A stretch of 32,576 nt of DNA from an uncultured euryarchaeote (lineage in GTDB: Archaea > Thermoplasmatota > Poseidoniia > Poseidoniales > Poseidoniaceae). Both the position numbers and the translations under genes were made by a program. The stretch spans positions 1 through 32,576 of the forward strand of contig CALBRH010000038.1 in the NCBI GenBank assembly GCA_937899865.1, given 5' to 3'. The notes under the pieces are model-generated. The model searched no databases. It was not told the DNA's origin and saw only the letters and a list, made by a program, of their open reading frames with translations. How positions within the stretch are numbered: the first letter of the stretch is position 1; each line of letters starts with the position of its first letter. Positions 17,280 through 25,622 of the stretch are shown piece after piece.

Positions 17280-18038
17280 TCAACCGAATGATGGGTCATT
17301 AAAATCGTCCCTTTCATCTGGCGCTGGCAACATTGTCATTGATTTCTCAAAGACTTCTTTTACACTGTTTTCAATCTCTCGAGCATTTTCAAGTAACTCA
17401 GTAAGCGGAATTTCAAGACCGGTTAAATCACAAACAGCTTCAATTGCTAATGCTGCTGCACGGGCATCAGGGTACATCGGACTTGCTTCTGCTAATAGGG
17501 CAGTAACATCGATACCCAACCTATCGCCTTCACCTAACAAAAATCCAGTTATGCCAGCAACTATACCTTGCTGAATTGGTTCAATACCGGCATTTTTCAA
17601 TTCTTTACGGGCTTTTTCTGATGAGCCCACTCCGTATAGTTCTCCCTGGTTCAGTTGTTTATCTGGTGAAACTATTCCATCAATAATAATCAATTTATCA
17701 AAACCGCCTTTAGTATACCACTCTAAAACCGTTGATGCAAACATGATATCTTGTTTGTCTTGGAACTTTATTTCCGAAGTAAATACACCGACTCCAGGCC
17801 CCTGATATACGCGTACAGGATGCTTTGGAACTTCATCTTGAATAAGTGCGACCGCAGGGAAATTAGCGTTCAAAACCGTACCTAACTGATTGAGATTAAG
17901 TGTTCTAATGATGTGTGATGCTGCGATTACCCCTACCATGCCTGCTGTGGTAAAACCTGCTATTGCGATGCCACCTGTAGTTGGGTCGGCACCACTTTTG
18001 AGAACTAGAGCGAAACCTTTGAACTCATGGTCAGTCAT
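17280..18038 (-). CDS. PAC2-family proteasome assembly chaperone
   Basis: IAGFTTAGMVGVIAASHII, HPVRVY, IVAGITGFLL, LLAEASPMYPDARAAA; likely ATG 18038. Confidence 0.85.
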   Translation of the reverse strand: MTDHEFKGFALVLKSGADPTTGGIAIAGFTTAGMVGVIAASHIIRTLNLNQLGTVLNANFPAVALIQDEVPKHPVRVYQGPGVGVFTSEIKFQDKQDIMFASTVLEWYTKGGFDKLIIIDGIVSPDKQLNQGELYGVGSSEKARKELKNAGIEPIQQGIVAGITGFLLGEGDRLGIDVTALLAEASPMYPDARAAALAIEAVCDLTGLEIPLTELLENAREIENSVKEVFEKSMTMLPAPDERDDFNDPSFG

Positions 18039-18164
18039 GCCAATCAATACCTGCGTCAAGGAATTCCTTTGAAAAGACTACTATCAAAACGGCTTGAAAA
18101 TCTTTGTTGGTTGTATCATTGTAAAAAGTTATCAATATGGCGCTATTGGCTAAGTGTGAGAAAC

Positions 18165-18665
18165 ATGTCGGAGTTAAACAAAATTTCGATTCGTGTTGGA
18201 GAATTTGAATTTGAGAGCGAAGGTTCGCAATTAGAAGTTGATGAAAAATTTGCCCAATTCAAAGAAGAAGGTTTTTGGAATATTATTACTGAAAGAATTG
18301 ATGAAGCCAAAGACATAGCTATTGACAATTCTAATTCTGCCGCACAAGAAAAGTCCTTTTCTGAAAGAGGAATAAAATTCCGTACGCTTGTTGAAAACTG
18401 TAGTCTTGAAGGAAAACCAGATCAGGTGTTAGGGGCATTGCACTTCCTAAGAGATATTGAGGGCTTAGATGATTGTCCCCCTAGAGTAATTAATGCACTG
18501 TTTGAACAAGCAAATATCGACCCGCCAGGTAACTTATCATTGTACATTAATCGGCTACTTGAAAAAAATTTCTTGTCTATTGCAAAAAAGCATGATGACA
18601 AAAATCGATTTGCTGAATTAACCGATGAAGGTCGGAAGCATTTAGAAAAGAAAGCAGAAAATTGA
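18165..18665 (+). CDS. Hypothetical protein with a probable C-terminal winged-helix domain
   Basis: Likely ATG 18165 (MSELNKISIRVGEFEFESEG). C-terminal NLSLYINRLLEKNFL...AELTDEGRKHL resembles a wHTH recognition helix and wing. Confidence 0.55.
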   Translation: MSELNKISIRVGEFEFESEGSQLEVDEKFAQFKEEGFWNIITERIDEAKDIAIDNSNSAAQEKSFSERGIKFRTLVENCSLEGKPDQVLGALHFLRDIEGLDDCPPRVINALFEQANIDPPGNLSLYINRLLEKNFLSIAKKHDDKNRFAELTDEGRKHLEKKAEN

Positions 18666-18674
18666 GGCCAATTT

Positions 18675-19115
18675 ATGGTGATGTCAGGCAGTTCAGACGA
18701 CCCTCGAGACAATGTGGGGGAAAATTCTGAAATTATTGATTGGTCATACCAAAACAAAGCTGGTGTTTTATTACGTAAAGGCCGACACTCCGGTTCTAAT
18801 TTCAAAAGAGCAATTCTTGACCGTGCTGATTTAACTGAAGGTGATTTTTCTAACTGTAATTTCCATAGAGCCTCAATGGTTGAGGCTGATTTGATGAAAT
18901 CTGCTTTTGATAATGCTGATTTTAGAGGAGCAGATCTGCGAAAAGCAAGACTGAATTTATCTAATTTCAACAACTGTAAATTCGCTGGTGCTGACCTAAG
19001 AGGCATTCGTGGCAAATATGCGATTTGGCGAGGAAGTGATTGGTGGAATGCAACCTTGGACGAGAGTTTAGAAAAGGCCTTGAAGAAAAAATGGCCAAAA
19101 CCAAGTGATGAATGA
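18675..19115 (+). CDS. Pentapeptide repeat protein
   Basis: Tandem A(D/N)LxX units: AILDR ADLTE GDFSN CNFHR ASMVE ADLMK SAFDN ADFRG ADLRK ARLNL SNFNN CKFAG ADLRG. Confidence 0.92.
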   Translation: MVMSGSSDDPRDNVGENSEIIDWSYQNKAGVLLRKGRHSGSNFKRAILDRADLTEGDFSNCNFHRASMVEADLMKSAFDNADFRGADLRKARLNLSNFNNCKFAGADLRGIRGKYAIWRGSDWWNATLDESLEKALKKKWPKPSDE

Positions 19116-19116
19116 T

Positions 19117-19773
19117 TCATTCTTCACTTTCATTACTTTGCAATTCTACTTTCTTACTCGAGCCGTCTCTCAATGCGGCTCTAGCTCGCGCATTGATTAG
19201 TGGTAATGCAGAAAATGCTCCGCACAAAAACATGCACGTTCCACAAAGATAGGTGAAGATTTCATAGGTCAGCAATAAAGCTCCACTAAGATTTTCATCG
19301 GACGCAATACGAATGAGATGACTACCATATAATCCGGCAATAAAACCAATTCCAGCCCCTGTAGTGGCTATTTTTGGTCCGGATTTGAGTAATCTAAATA
19401 GATTAATTGAACCGATTGTTATTAGCGTTCCTGATATAAACAGTCCAATTGACCTAATCAAATAGCCACCAGATTCTCTTGCATCATCATGAAATTGTTG
19501 ATACTCTTCATTGGTTATTGGTGTATCAGTCTGGCTATTTGGCGCTTCTAATAGCCGATCAACTTCGCTTGCTGGAATATCTTCAAGACTATGAGACTGA
19601 AAATCAGAATAGGCTTGAAATAGAATCATTAAGCCACCAATGAAAATTAAAATTGCTATTGTTTTGGGCCCTTTTCGGTCTTCCCTAACCGGAACTCCAC
19701 CCCAAATATCATCTGGCACTGCATCATTATCATCTTCCATGATAATTGAGAAGTCAAACTTTTTTTCTGTCAT
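19117..19773 (-). CDS. Hypothetical membrane protein (about 4 TM)
   Basis: 218-aa ORF with hydrophobic helices; SD AAGGTG upstream; 9 nt downstream of the thioesterase gene. Confidence 0.7.
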   Translation of the reverse strand: MTEKKFDFSIIMEDDNDAVPDDIWGGVPVREDRKGPKTIAILIFIGGLMILFQAYSDFQSHSLEDIPASEVDRLLEAPNSQTDTPITNEEYQQFHDDARESGGYLIRSIGLFISGTLITIGSINLFRLLKSGPKIATTGAGIGFIAGLYGSHLIRIASDENLSGALLLTYEIFTYLCGTCMFLCGAFSALPLINARARAALRDGSSKKVELQSNESEE

Positions 19774-19782
19774 AAAAACACC

Positions 19783-20193
19783 TTATGCCAAATGATTCGA
19801 CAAACCTTGGGAAAGCCAATCTGGAATTTCAGTAGATTCTAAGGAATCCATATTAACACACACAGTAACTTGTTTAGAAGTCCACAAATGTTCTTCATCT
19901 TGATTGTAAAAATCATATTGCCACGTACATGATTTGGTACCGACTTTAGAAATTGAAATTTGGGCGGATACTGTATCACCATAACGTAGGGGATTGAGAA
20001 AATTTGTTTCAATATTGACTACAGGGAATCCTAGTCGGTGTTCGTTGATAATTTCCGGATAAGAAATACCACACATTAATTCCCATGCCTCTTCAAAAAA
20101 CCGGTGTGCCAAATCATATATTCTTGGATAATAGGCAATGTTTGCATTATCGATCATTGGATAATCAACACGCCTCTCAAGAGTAACGGCCAT
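19783..20193 (-). CDS. Acyl-CoA thioesterase (4HBT/YbgC hot-dog fold)
   Basis: IDNANIAYYPRIY..A.RFFE and FPVVNIETNFLNPLRYGD motifs. Confidence 0.88.
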   Translation of the reverse strand: MAVTLERRVDYPMIDNANIAYYPRIYDLAHRFFEEAWELMCGISYPEIINEHRLGFPVVNIETNFLNPLRYGDTVSAQISISKVGTKSCTWQYDFYNQDEEHLWTSKQVTVCVNMDSLESTEIPDWLSQGLSNHLA

Positions 20194-20287
20194 GGATAAT
20201 CCACATGCAGCGTAATGATGAATCCTTGTATTAGGTAATTATTCAACCCGTTGCGCTTATATTGAGCATTTAGGTCGCATTGAATAC

Positions 20288-20364
20288 GGCCCCATGGTGT
20301 AGCTTGGATATCACACTGGTTTGCGGAACCAGTAACCCGTGTTCGAATCGCGGCGGGGCCGCCA
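20288..20364 (+). tRNA. tRNA-Arg(GCG), CCA encoded
   Basis: GGCCCCA...CGGGGCC-G-CCA; anticodon arm CTGGT-TTGCGGA-ACCAG; T-loop TTCGAAT; A20. Confidence 0.95.
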
Positions 20365-21030
20365 TTAAATCTTCCAGTGCTTAATTTCCCAATCATTTTC
20401 TATTGCCATCTTTTTCATGGTATTACCGGGATTTACAGCAACTGGGTTGCCGGTAATTCGCATAAACCATGTATCTGCCATAGTATTGCCATAACCATAA
20501 CACTCGGTTAAATCATGATTGTTTTCCTTAGCATCCTGTTCAACAACAGGAACCTTGCCTTTCCGTCTTGGAACGCTCCAGCCTCGCTCTGAACCTGATA
20601 GCATACCTTGGCGACTCTCTGGGCCGCAACCATAAACTGCATCCATTCCAAGTACCTCTGCCATTGCTTCTGCCATCGGCGCGATAGTTGCTGTAACCAG
20701 TACCAAGCGATGCCCTTGACTTCGATGCCAATCAAGACATTGCTTAGCTTCAAGAGGAATTTTTGATGCAAGTTTCTCTTTGGCTAATCTAGATGAGTAG
20801 TCTTCTAGCACCCCCCATGATGCTAAAGCGAAATGTCCGCGATTTCTTGCCGCATCATATAATGAACGACCGCGTAATAAATTACCAAACAGCCCAAGAG
20901 TCCACATTACTGTACCCACTGGAATCCGCCAAGGGCGTCGTTTAGCCAAATCTACAGTTAGCGTTTTTTCACTTGACGAGTCTAGTAGCGTCCCGTCTAA
21001 ATCGAAATACGCAGCAACTTGGCCACTCAT
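20365..21030 (-). CDS. HAD-IB family phosphatase
   Basis: AAYFDLDGTL (motif I), VLVTAT (motif II), K in motif III, and YGYGNTMAD...GNPVAVNP (motif IV region). Confidence 0.88.
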   Translation of the reverse strand: MSGQVAAYFDLDGTLLDSSSEKTLTVDLAKRRPWRIPVGTVMWTLGLFGNLLRGRSLYDAARNRGHFALASWGVLEDYSSRLAKEKLASKIPLEAKQCLDWHRSQGHRLVLVTATIAPMAEAMAEVLGMDAVYGCGPESRQGMLSGSERGWSVPRRKGKVPVVEQDAKENNHDLTECYGYGNTMADTWFMRITGNPVAVNPGNTMKKMAIENDWEIKHWKI

Positions 21031-21092
21031 TAGAGGCTCCTCGAATCAATCATACATGAGTGAAACGGCTAATTTGTTGCCTTACAGTAGTT

Positions 21093-21365
21093 TTAATCGG
21101 TTTTCCTTCTATCGCCATAGACTCTTCTACCTGCCCTATGATCTTGCCACCAACTCAGTTTCTCAGCAAGATTGCGAGAGATAAAGAATCCAACTTTACG
21201 AGGTGTTAAACCGTGATTACGCATTGCTCTGTCATGGGATAGGTTTGCAACTATCGATTGTGCTGAACACCCATGATTAGCCAAGACAAAACGGGTTATC
21301 TCTTGCTTCAATCGTTCAAAACGTGCTTTCTTTTGGGCTCCTAACCCCTCGCTTTTGCGCTTCAT
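21093..21365 (-). CDS. Small basic hypothetical protein, possibly winged-helix DNA-binding
   Basis: 90 aa, K/R-rich; helix-helix-helix followed by a short beta hairpin pattern (WWQD...RRVY). Confidence 0.6.
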   Translation of the reverse strand: MKRKSEGLGAQKKARFERLKQEITRFVLANHGCSAQSIVANLSHDRAMRNHGLTPRKVGFFISRNLAEKLSWWQDHRAGRRVYGDRRKTD

Positions 21366-21426
21366 GAACGATTAAAACAAAGTTAACCCATATCAAAGAA
21401 ATGGTGGTTATCCCATCAATAGGCAA

Positions 21427-21780
21427 TTATGAAAAATCTACTGATTGAGTGGTTTTCCAATTAGCAGTAGCGAGTTTTTTAGCCTTGCCATCAGCGATTA
21501 TCGGATTGATAATGGCAAGTTTTCCATGCATTCCATGGACATTAAACTTAACTCGTAATTCTGCAACTCTATCGCGTTGTAAGACTTCCAACTCTTCATC
21601 TGATAATTCTACAGATGCAAGTTGATTGCCGCTAATTTTATCCGAAATTTGAAACTCATTGCCCGAGCAAGTAAGTGCAGGTCTGAAATCCCAATCATCA
21701 GGATGATTCATCCAAACTGAAACATCTACTGAGAGGTTGTCCCGTATGTTAACTCTGCTAATCTCGACAGTATCAACCAT
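21427..21780 (-). CDS. Hypothetical protein
   Basis: Likely ATG 21780 (MVDTVEISR) preceded by SD GGAGTGA; beta-rich; no family recognised. Confidence 0.65.
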   Translation of the reverse strand: MVDTVEISRVNIRDNLSVDVSVWMNHPDDWDFRPALTCSGNEFQISDKISGNQLASVELSDEELEVLQRDRVAELRVKFNVHGMHGKLAIINPIIADGKAKKLATANWKTTQSVDFS

Positions 21781-21833
21781 GGTATCAATCACTCCGAATA
21801 AATAGATGTAGATTATTGTTTCATTGTGGAAAA

Positions 21834-22982
21834 TCACACGGCAATCTCTGTTAAAATTGGAATTTGTATTTCAATAACCACTTCAAGTGTCCAATCATTC
21901 CCCGGATCTGGATCTGGCAAGCCATCAAACAACGGGTCTGGATCTGCTTGTTGAGCTAAGATTGTCCAAGTCCATTCGCCTTGTCCATTACGGTACCCTG
22001 GCTTATTCAGTAATTGTTGGAGCACATCATCAGCAAAATCTGCTGTATAAGTTCCATCCTCGCCATTAGGGTTTATGCCGAATCTATCCATTTCAGCCTT
22101 GGAAGTTTCATTGGCGGTAATATTACCTCCTTCGGTTTTAGCAGACTTCTTGTAACCATCTTCAGAGATATCTAATTGAAGAGTAAAATTGTCTTGAGGA
22201 CCAAGTTCTTGATCCAATTCTAAAACTGCGGTAAAGGAAATTATCCTACCTTCTAAACCAGGATTAATGGTCTCTTCCCAAGTAGAACCTTGTTCGAGAT
22301 ATTCATCCCAACTAAAACTGATTTGTTCAGTTTTCCATTCAACTTCAAAGGTTCGTGTTGAAATCTCTAATTCGAAAGTTGTGTATTGAGACGCCCCATC
22401 TCCATCGGAAATTGTCAAACTGCCAAGCTTATTTCCTGATTTATTGGTTGGTAATAGAACTGAAGATGTTATTGCATCTACATCATTTCGATTATCGCCG
22501 TCATTATTGGAGTCCTCCGACCAATCTAAATCCCAAGAATATAGCAATTCTTTACCCTCAGGATCAAAACTTGCAGATGCATCTAGTAAAGCAGATTCTC
22601 CTGCCTTAATATTTTCAGGAATTGTCAAATTTAATACTGGCGCACCATTAACCACGATATTTGTTGAAATTTCATCTTGTCCACCACCACTATTCTTAAC
22701 AGTTAAAGTCACAGTGTATATGCCATATTTTTCATATGTATGCGAAGTAAAACCGATTACTGTTTTTGCAGTTTTGCCGTCGCCAAAATCCCATTCGAAA
22801 TCTGTGATTACTCCCTCTACTGCTTCAGAATCACGGGCATCAAGGGTAATTGTTTCACCTTCTTGAATATATAATGGATATGCTTGTAATACCGCTCTAG
22901 GGTTAACAGTTGACTCAAAAGCAACACATCCAGATAACAATACTGAAAATACAATTAAGCAGGACAAGAGGATTGATTTCAT
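21834..22982 (-). CDS. PKD-domain surface (lipo)protein
   Basis: Signal with lipobox-like LLSGC from ATG 22982; PKD signature TDFEWDFGDG...HTYEKYGIYTVTLTV; second PKD-like repeat LLDASASFDPEG...YSWD. Confidence 0.8.
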   Translation of the reverse strand: MKSILLSCLIVFSVLLSGCVAFESTVNPRAVLQAYPLYIQEGETITLDARDSEAVEGVITDFEWDFGDGKTAKTVIGFTSHTYEKYGIYTVTLTVKNSGGGQDEISTNIVVNGAPVLNLTIPENIKAGESALLDASASFDPEGKELLYSWDLDWSEDSNNDGDNRNDVDAITSSVLLPTNKSGNKLGSLTISDGDGASQYTTFELEISTRTFEVEWKTEQISFSWDEYLEQGSTWEETINPGLEGRIISFTAVLELDQELGPQDNFTLQLDISEDGYKKSAKTEGGNITANETSKAEMDRFGINPNGEDGTYTADFADDVLQQLLNKPGYRNGQGEWTWTILAQQADPDPLFDGLPDPDPGNDWTLEVVIEIQIPILTEIAV

Positions 22983-23087
22983 GCTCTTTCCCCCCGTCAT
23001 GATGTAGAGGAATTTCTTCACCCTTCTAATAGTATGCATTATCTCTTTGCGATTTGCATCAAAATCTAATGATTTCAAATTTAGCCA

Positions 23088-23456
23088 CTAGAAAGTAACT
23101 TCCTCTGGCAAATCCCCTATTATTTCGGCCCCTTCTAGATACTCAACGATATCCTCAAGAGAATCGTGATTAACAACATTAACATCATTATGATTGGGCA
23201 TTATGTCTTCTTCAGCAATCAATTGTTCAATCTCAACATCGCCAGCATCATATTCAGATATTAGGATAGTTTCGACAACTTCTGGAACCTCTATATCTTC
23301 ATTTACTAATTCATGAATCAACTCATCGGTTATTTGACTAGCCAATGCAAGAAATTGTTCTTTATCTGCATCGGTTTCTACGGTTTCTTCTAAAATTTCT
23401 ACTTCTTCAGAATTACTATTTTCAAAAAGATTTCGCAACCTGTCTTTAACCCCCAT
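23088..23456 (-). CDS. Highly acidic hypothetical protein
   Basis: 122-aa ORF dominated by E/D/I/V; fills the gap with coding-like composition. Confidence 0.6.
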   Translation of the reverse strand: MGVKDRLRNLFENSNSEEVEILEETVETDADKEQFLALASQITDELIHELVNEDIEVPEVVETILISEYDAGDVEIEQLIAEEDIMPNHNDVNVVNHDSLEDIVEYLEGAEIIGDLPEEVTF

Positions 23457-23543
23457 AAAGGCCGCTAAGACCAGTACTCATTGTAATTTTGCCTTTAATT
23501 GCTCATAGTGAGATTCAATAGGTAGCAATAGTTGCTATGTTAT

Positions 23544-24359
23544 ATGGGTCATGAATTCCTTGCTGATGAGTCAGTACTGGCTTTTGACCTTGAGACAACT
23601 GGCATCTCAACCAATGATGACAGAATTGTACAAATTGCACTAATAGGGTCTAATTCAGATGGCGATGCTGTACATTATGAAACTATGATCAATCCTCGAA
23701 GACCGATACCCTCCGGAGCTAGTAATGTTCACGGAATATTCGATAGTGACGTCAAAAGTTTACCTGATTTCTCACATCATGCTGATGAAATTCATGAATT
23801 AATTGAGAATTCAGTAATCGTTGGTCATAATGTGAGAAGGTTTGACATGCCGCTGTTAGATAATGAATTTCGTAGAATTGGTCGATTGCCACCGAAACCA
23901 AAAGCGATGATGGATACATTAGAAATTGTAAGAAGGGTCAAAGTCGGTAGACCTCATAATTTGAGTAGCCTTTGTCAAAGGCACGGTATTTCATTGGACA
24001 ACGCACATACCGCTGCAGCTGATGCAGCCGCCTCTCTACTCCTGTTTTGGCGTTTAACCATGGATCATGCTTTGATGTTCAGAAATTCGTTAGAAGAAAT
24101 CGAACGTTGGCTTATTCATGGGAAATCTGTTACTGATGATTCTAATCTTGGCAGAGGTTTGAACGACTTAGAAATGCTTGACCCTCTCGGCAAAATTCGC
24201 ATTGACGATGGGCATTACATTGTTGCCTTTGGGCGTCATCGTGGTCGACACTTGAGTGAAGTCGCTCAACTTGACCCATCATACATCAATTGGCTGCTTT
24301 CCCCGTCAGGGATTGAAGATGAAAATACAAGAGAAATTCTTAAAGAATTTCTTTCATGA
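23544..24359 (+). CDS. DEDDh 3'-5' exonuclease (DnaQ/epsilon-like) with C-terminal DUF3820-like domain
   Basis: ExoI FDLETTG, ExoII VGHNVRRFD, ExoIII HTAAADA; C-terminal FGRHRGRHLSEV...PSYINWLL. Confidence 0.88.
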   Translation: MGHEFLADESVLAFDLETTGISTNDDRIVQIALIGSNSDGDAVHYETMINPRRPIPSGASNVHGIFDSDVKSLPDFSHHADEIHELIENSVIVGHNVRRFDMPLLDNEFRRIGRLPPKPKAMMDTLEIVRRVKVGRPHNLSSLCQRHGISLDNAHTAAADAAASLLLFWRLTMDHALMFRNSLEEIERWLIHGKSVTDDSNLGRGLNDLEMLDPLGKIRIDDGHYIVAFGRHRGRHLSEVAQLDPSYINWLLSPSGIEDENTREILKEFLS

Positions 24360-25535
24360 TTCTTGTCTTGAATATTCTTCACCATCTGGAATTGGAGACC
24401 AAGGTAAGACATCGCACCAATGTCCAATACGCCACGAATTCCGATTAGACATGGCAGATCCTATGAAAATCGGACCACGGTGATTTGATTCTAACAACTC
24501 TTCTAAGGCTTCTTTACCGCGATTATCAAATTTCGCTCCGGTCCTAATTCCAGTTGGTATTACATTGCCAGTATTGTCTCTTGGCTCACACAATTCAATT
24601 ACTGCTGAACCACTAGTTCGGTCATAATTATGTAACAAAATAACAGCATCTGAAAAATCTCCTTTATGCAATGTATTGTTATCATGGCGCCACTTCCACC
24701 AATGAGGACACCACGCTTTCCAATCACAAAATCCTCCACAACTCTGCTCTCCAATGGTCGGCTCTAACGGTATTTTCCCAGGTATTGTTTCCTGCCAAGC
24801 AGCATATGCATCTTCAAGTACATTTTCTCCTATTGCAGCCCATTTAGATGAGTCAGCAGTATACCATCCTTCGGTTCTAATCGGTGGCCCATTTGGGTTA
24901 TTATCTCGCAAAATATCACGATATAAGCGAAGTTGACGGTTGACTTCTACCTTCAATTCATCCTTAGGTGCTTTTCCAGTTTTCAAATCAGCTACTAACC
25001 AACCGACCATTTTTCCACTTGAATCAACATCTGCCATCAATAAATCAAGACGCCCCATCAATTTCCCATTTTTAGTCTTCAATTCACCTTCAACTGCAAT
25101 CGCCAATGATTGTATTTTGCGCCATAAAGCGCCAGTTATTTTTTTCTGATCAAGACCGGTTATTCCGACATGGTCTAGCAGCATCCTTATTGCACCTTTT
25201 TGGTGATTGATTGCTTCTTTCCACTTATCCTCTTTCCATTGTGGCCTTCTAGGGGTGGCATGAAAAATCTCTTTTTCCTCCTCCCAACGAATCTTGAGTA
25301 ACCTTTCACCTTCTTTGGGCAACCAATCATCTTCAGTATTGCCAATATGAGAGTAATCTTCCTGCAACAAATCCTCAACTGAAGCATGTACTGCAGTTCC
25401 AACTGATGCAGCCATACCGGCTTTTCTTGGTAACCTTTGTCGGCTTAACCAATACATCCTTGGACAGGTTTCAAACCGATTCCAAGAAGATGGAGATATC
25501 ATGTGGCTAACTTGTTGTTCCACATCATCTGCCAT
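24354..25535 (-). CDS. PD-(D/E)XK RecB-like/Cas4-like nuclease with a 4-Cys Fe-S staple (stand-alone)
   Basis: SPSSWNRFETCPR, GTAVH, GRLDLL, VADLKTG, QLRLY, CGGFCDWKAWCP; likely ATG 25535. Confidence 0.85.
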   Translation of the reverse strand: MADDVEQQVSHMISPSSWNRFETCPRMYWLSRQRLPRKAGMAASVGTAVHASVEDLLQEDYSHIGNTEDDWLPKEGERLLKIRWEEEKEIFHATPRRPQWKEDKWKEAINHQKGAIRMLLDHVGITGLDQKKITGALWRKIQSLAIAVEGELKTKNGKLMGRLDLLMADVDSSGKMVGWLVADLKTGKAPKDELKVEVNRQLRLYRDILRDNNPNGPPIRTEGWYTADSSKWAAIGENVLEDAYAAWQETIPGKIPLEPTIGEQSCGGFCDWKAWCPHWWKWRHDNNTLHKGDFSDAVILLHNYDRTSGSAVIELCEPRDNTGNVIPTGIRTGAKFDNRGKEALEELLESNHRGPIFIGSAMSNRNSWRIGHWCDVLPWSPIPDGEEYSRQES

Positions 25536-25622
25536 AATTCGCCCTAACGGGCAAACATCATCAAACCACCGACCCAACAATTGATGGAAGTGTTCATACA
25601 TTGAAGGACAATAGGGCAACCC

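Noticed and set aside
18058-18069. Perfect 12-bp palindrome AAGGAATTCCTT between PAC2 and the wHTH-like gene
   Set aside because: Several 6+6 palindromes are expected by chance in 32 kb, and I found no second copy.
9370-20364. tRNAs as integration sites of an island or provirus
   Set aside because: No integrase and no duplicated tRNA 3' ends were seen; the flanking genes are housekeeping.
23523-23537. Inverted repeat TAGCAA-TAG-TTGCTA upstream of the exonuclease
   Set aside because: Short, single copy and unlike the shared 16-bp motif.
24354-25535. Cas4-like gene as evidence of a CRISPR-Cas locus
   Set aside because: No repeat-spacer array and no cas1, cas2 or effector genes in the window.
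6047-25619. Longest-ORF starts at 6101, 10959, 18027, 18059, 21837, 23078 and 25619
   Set aside because: They overlap neighbours or promoters and add non-homologous N-termini; downstream ATGs fit better, several with an SD.
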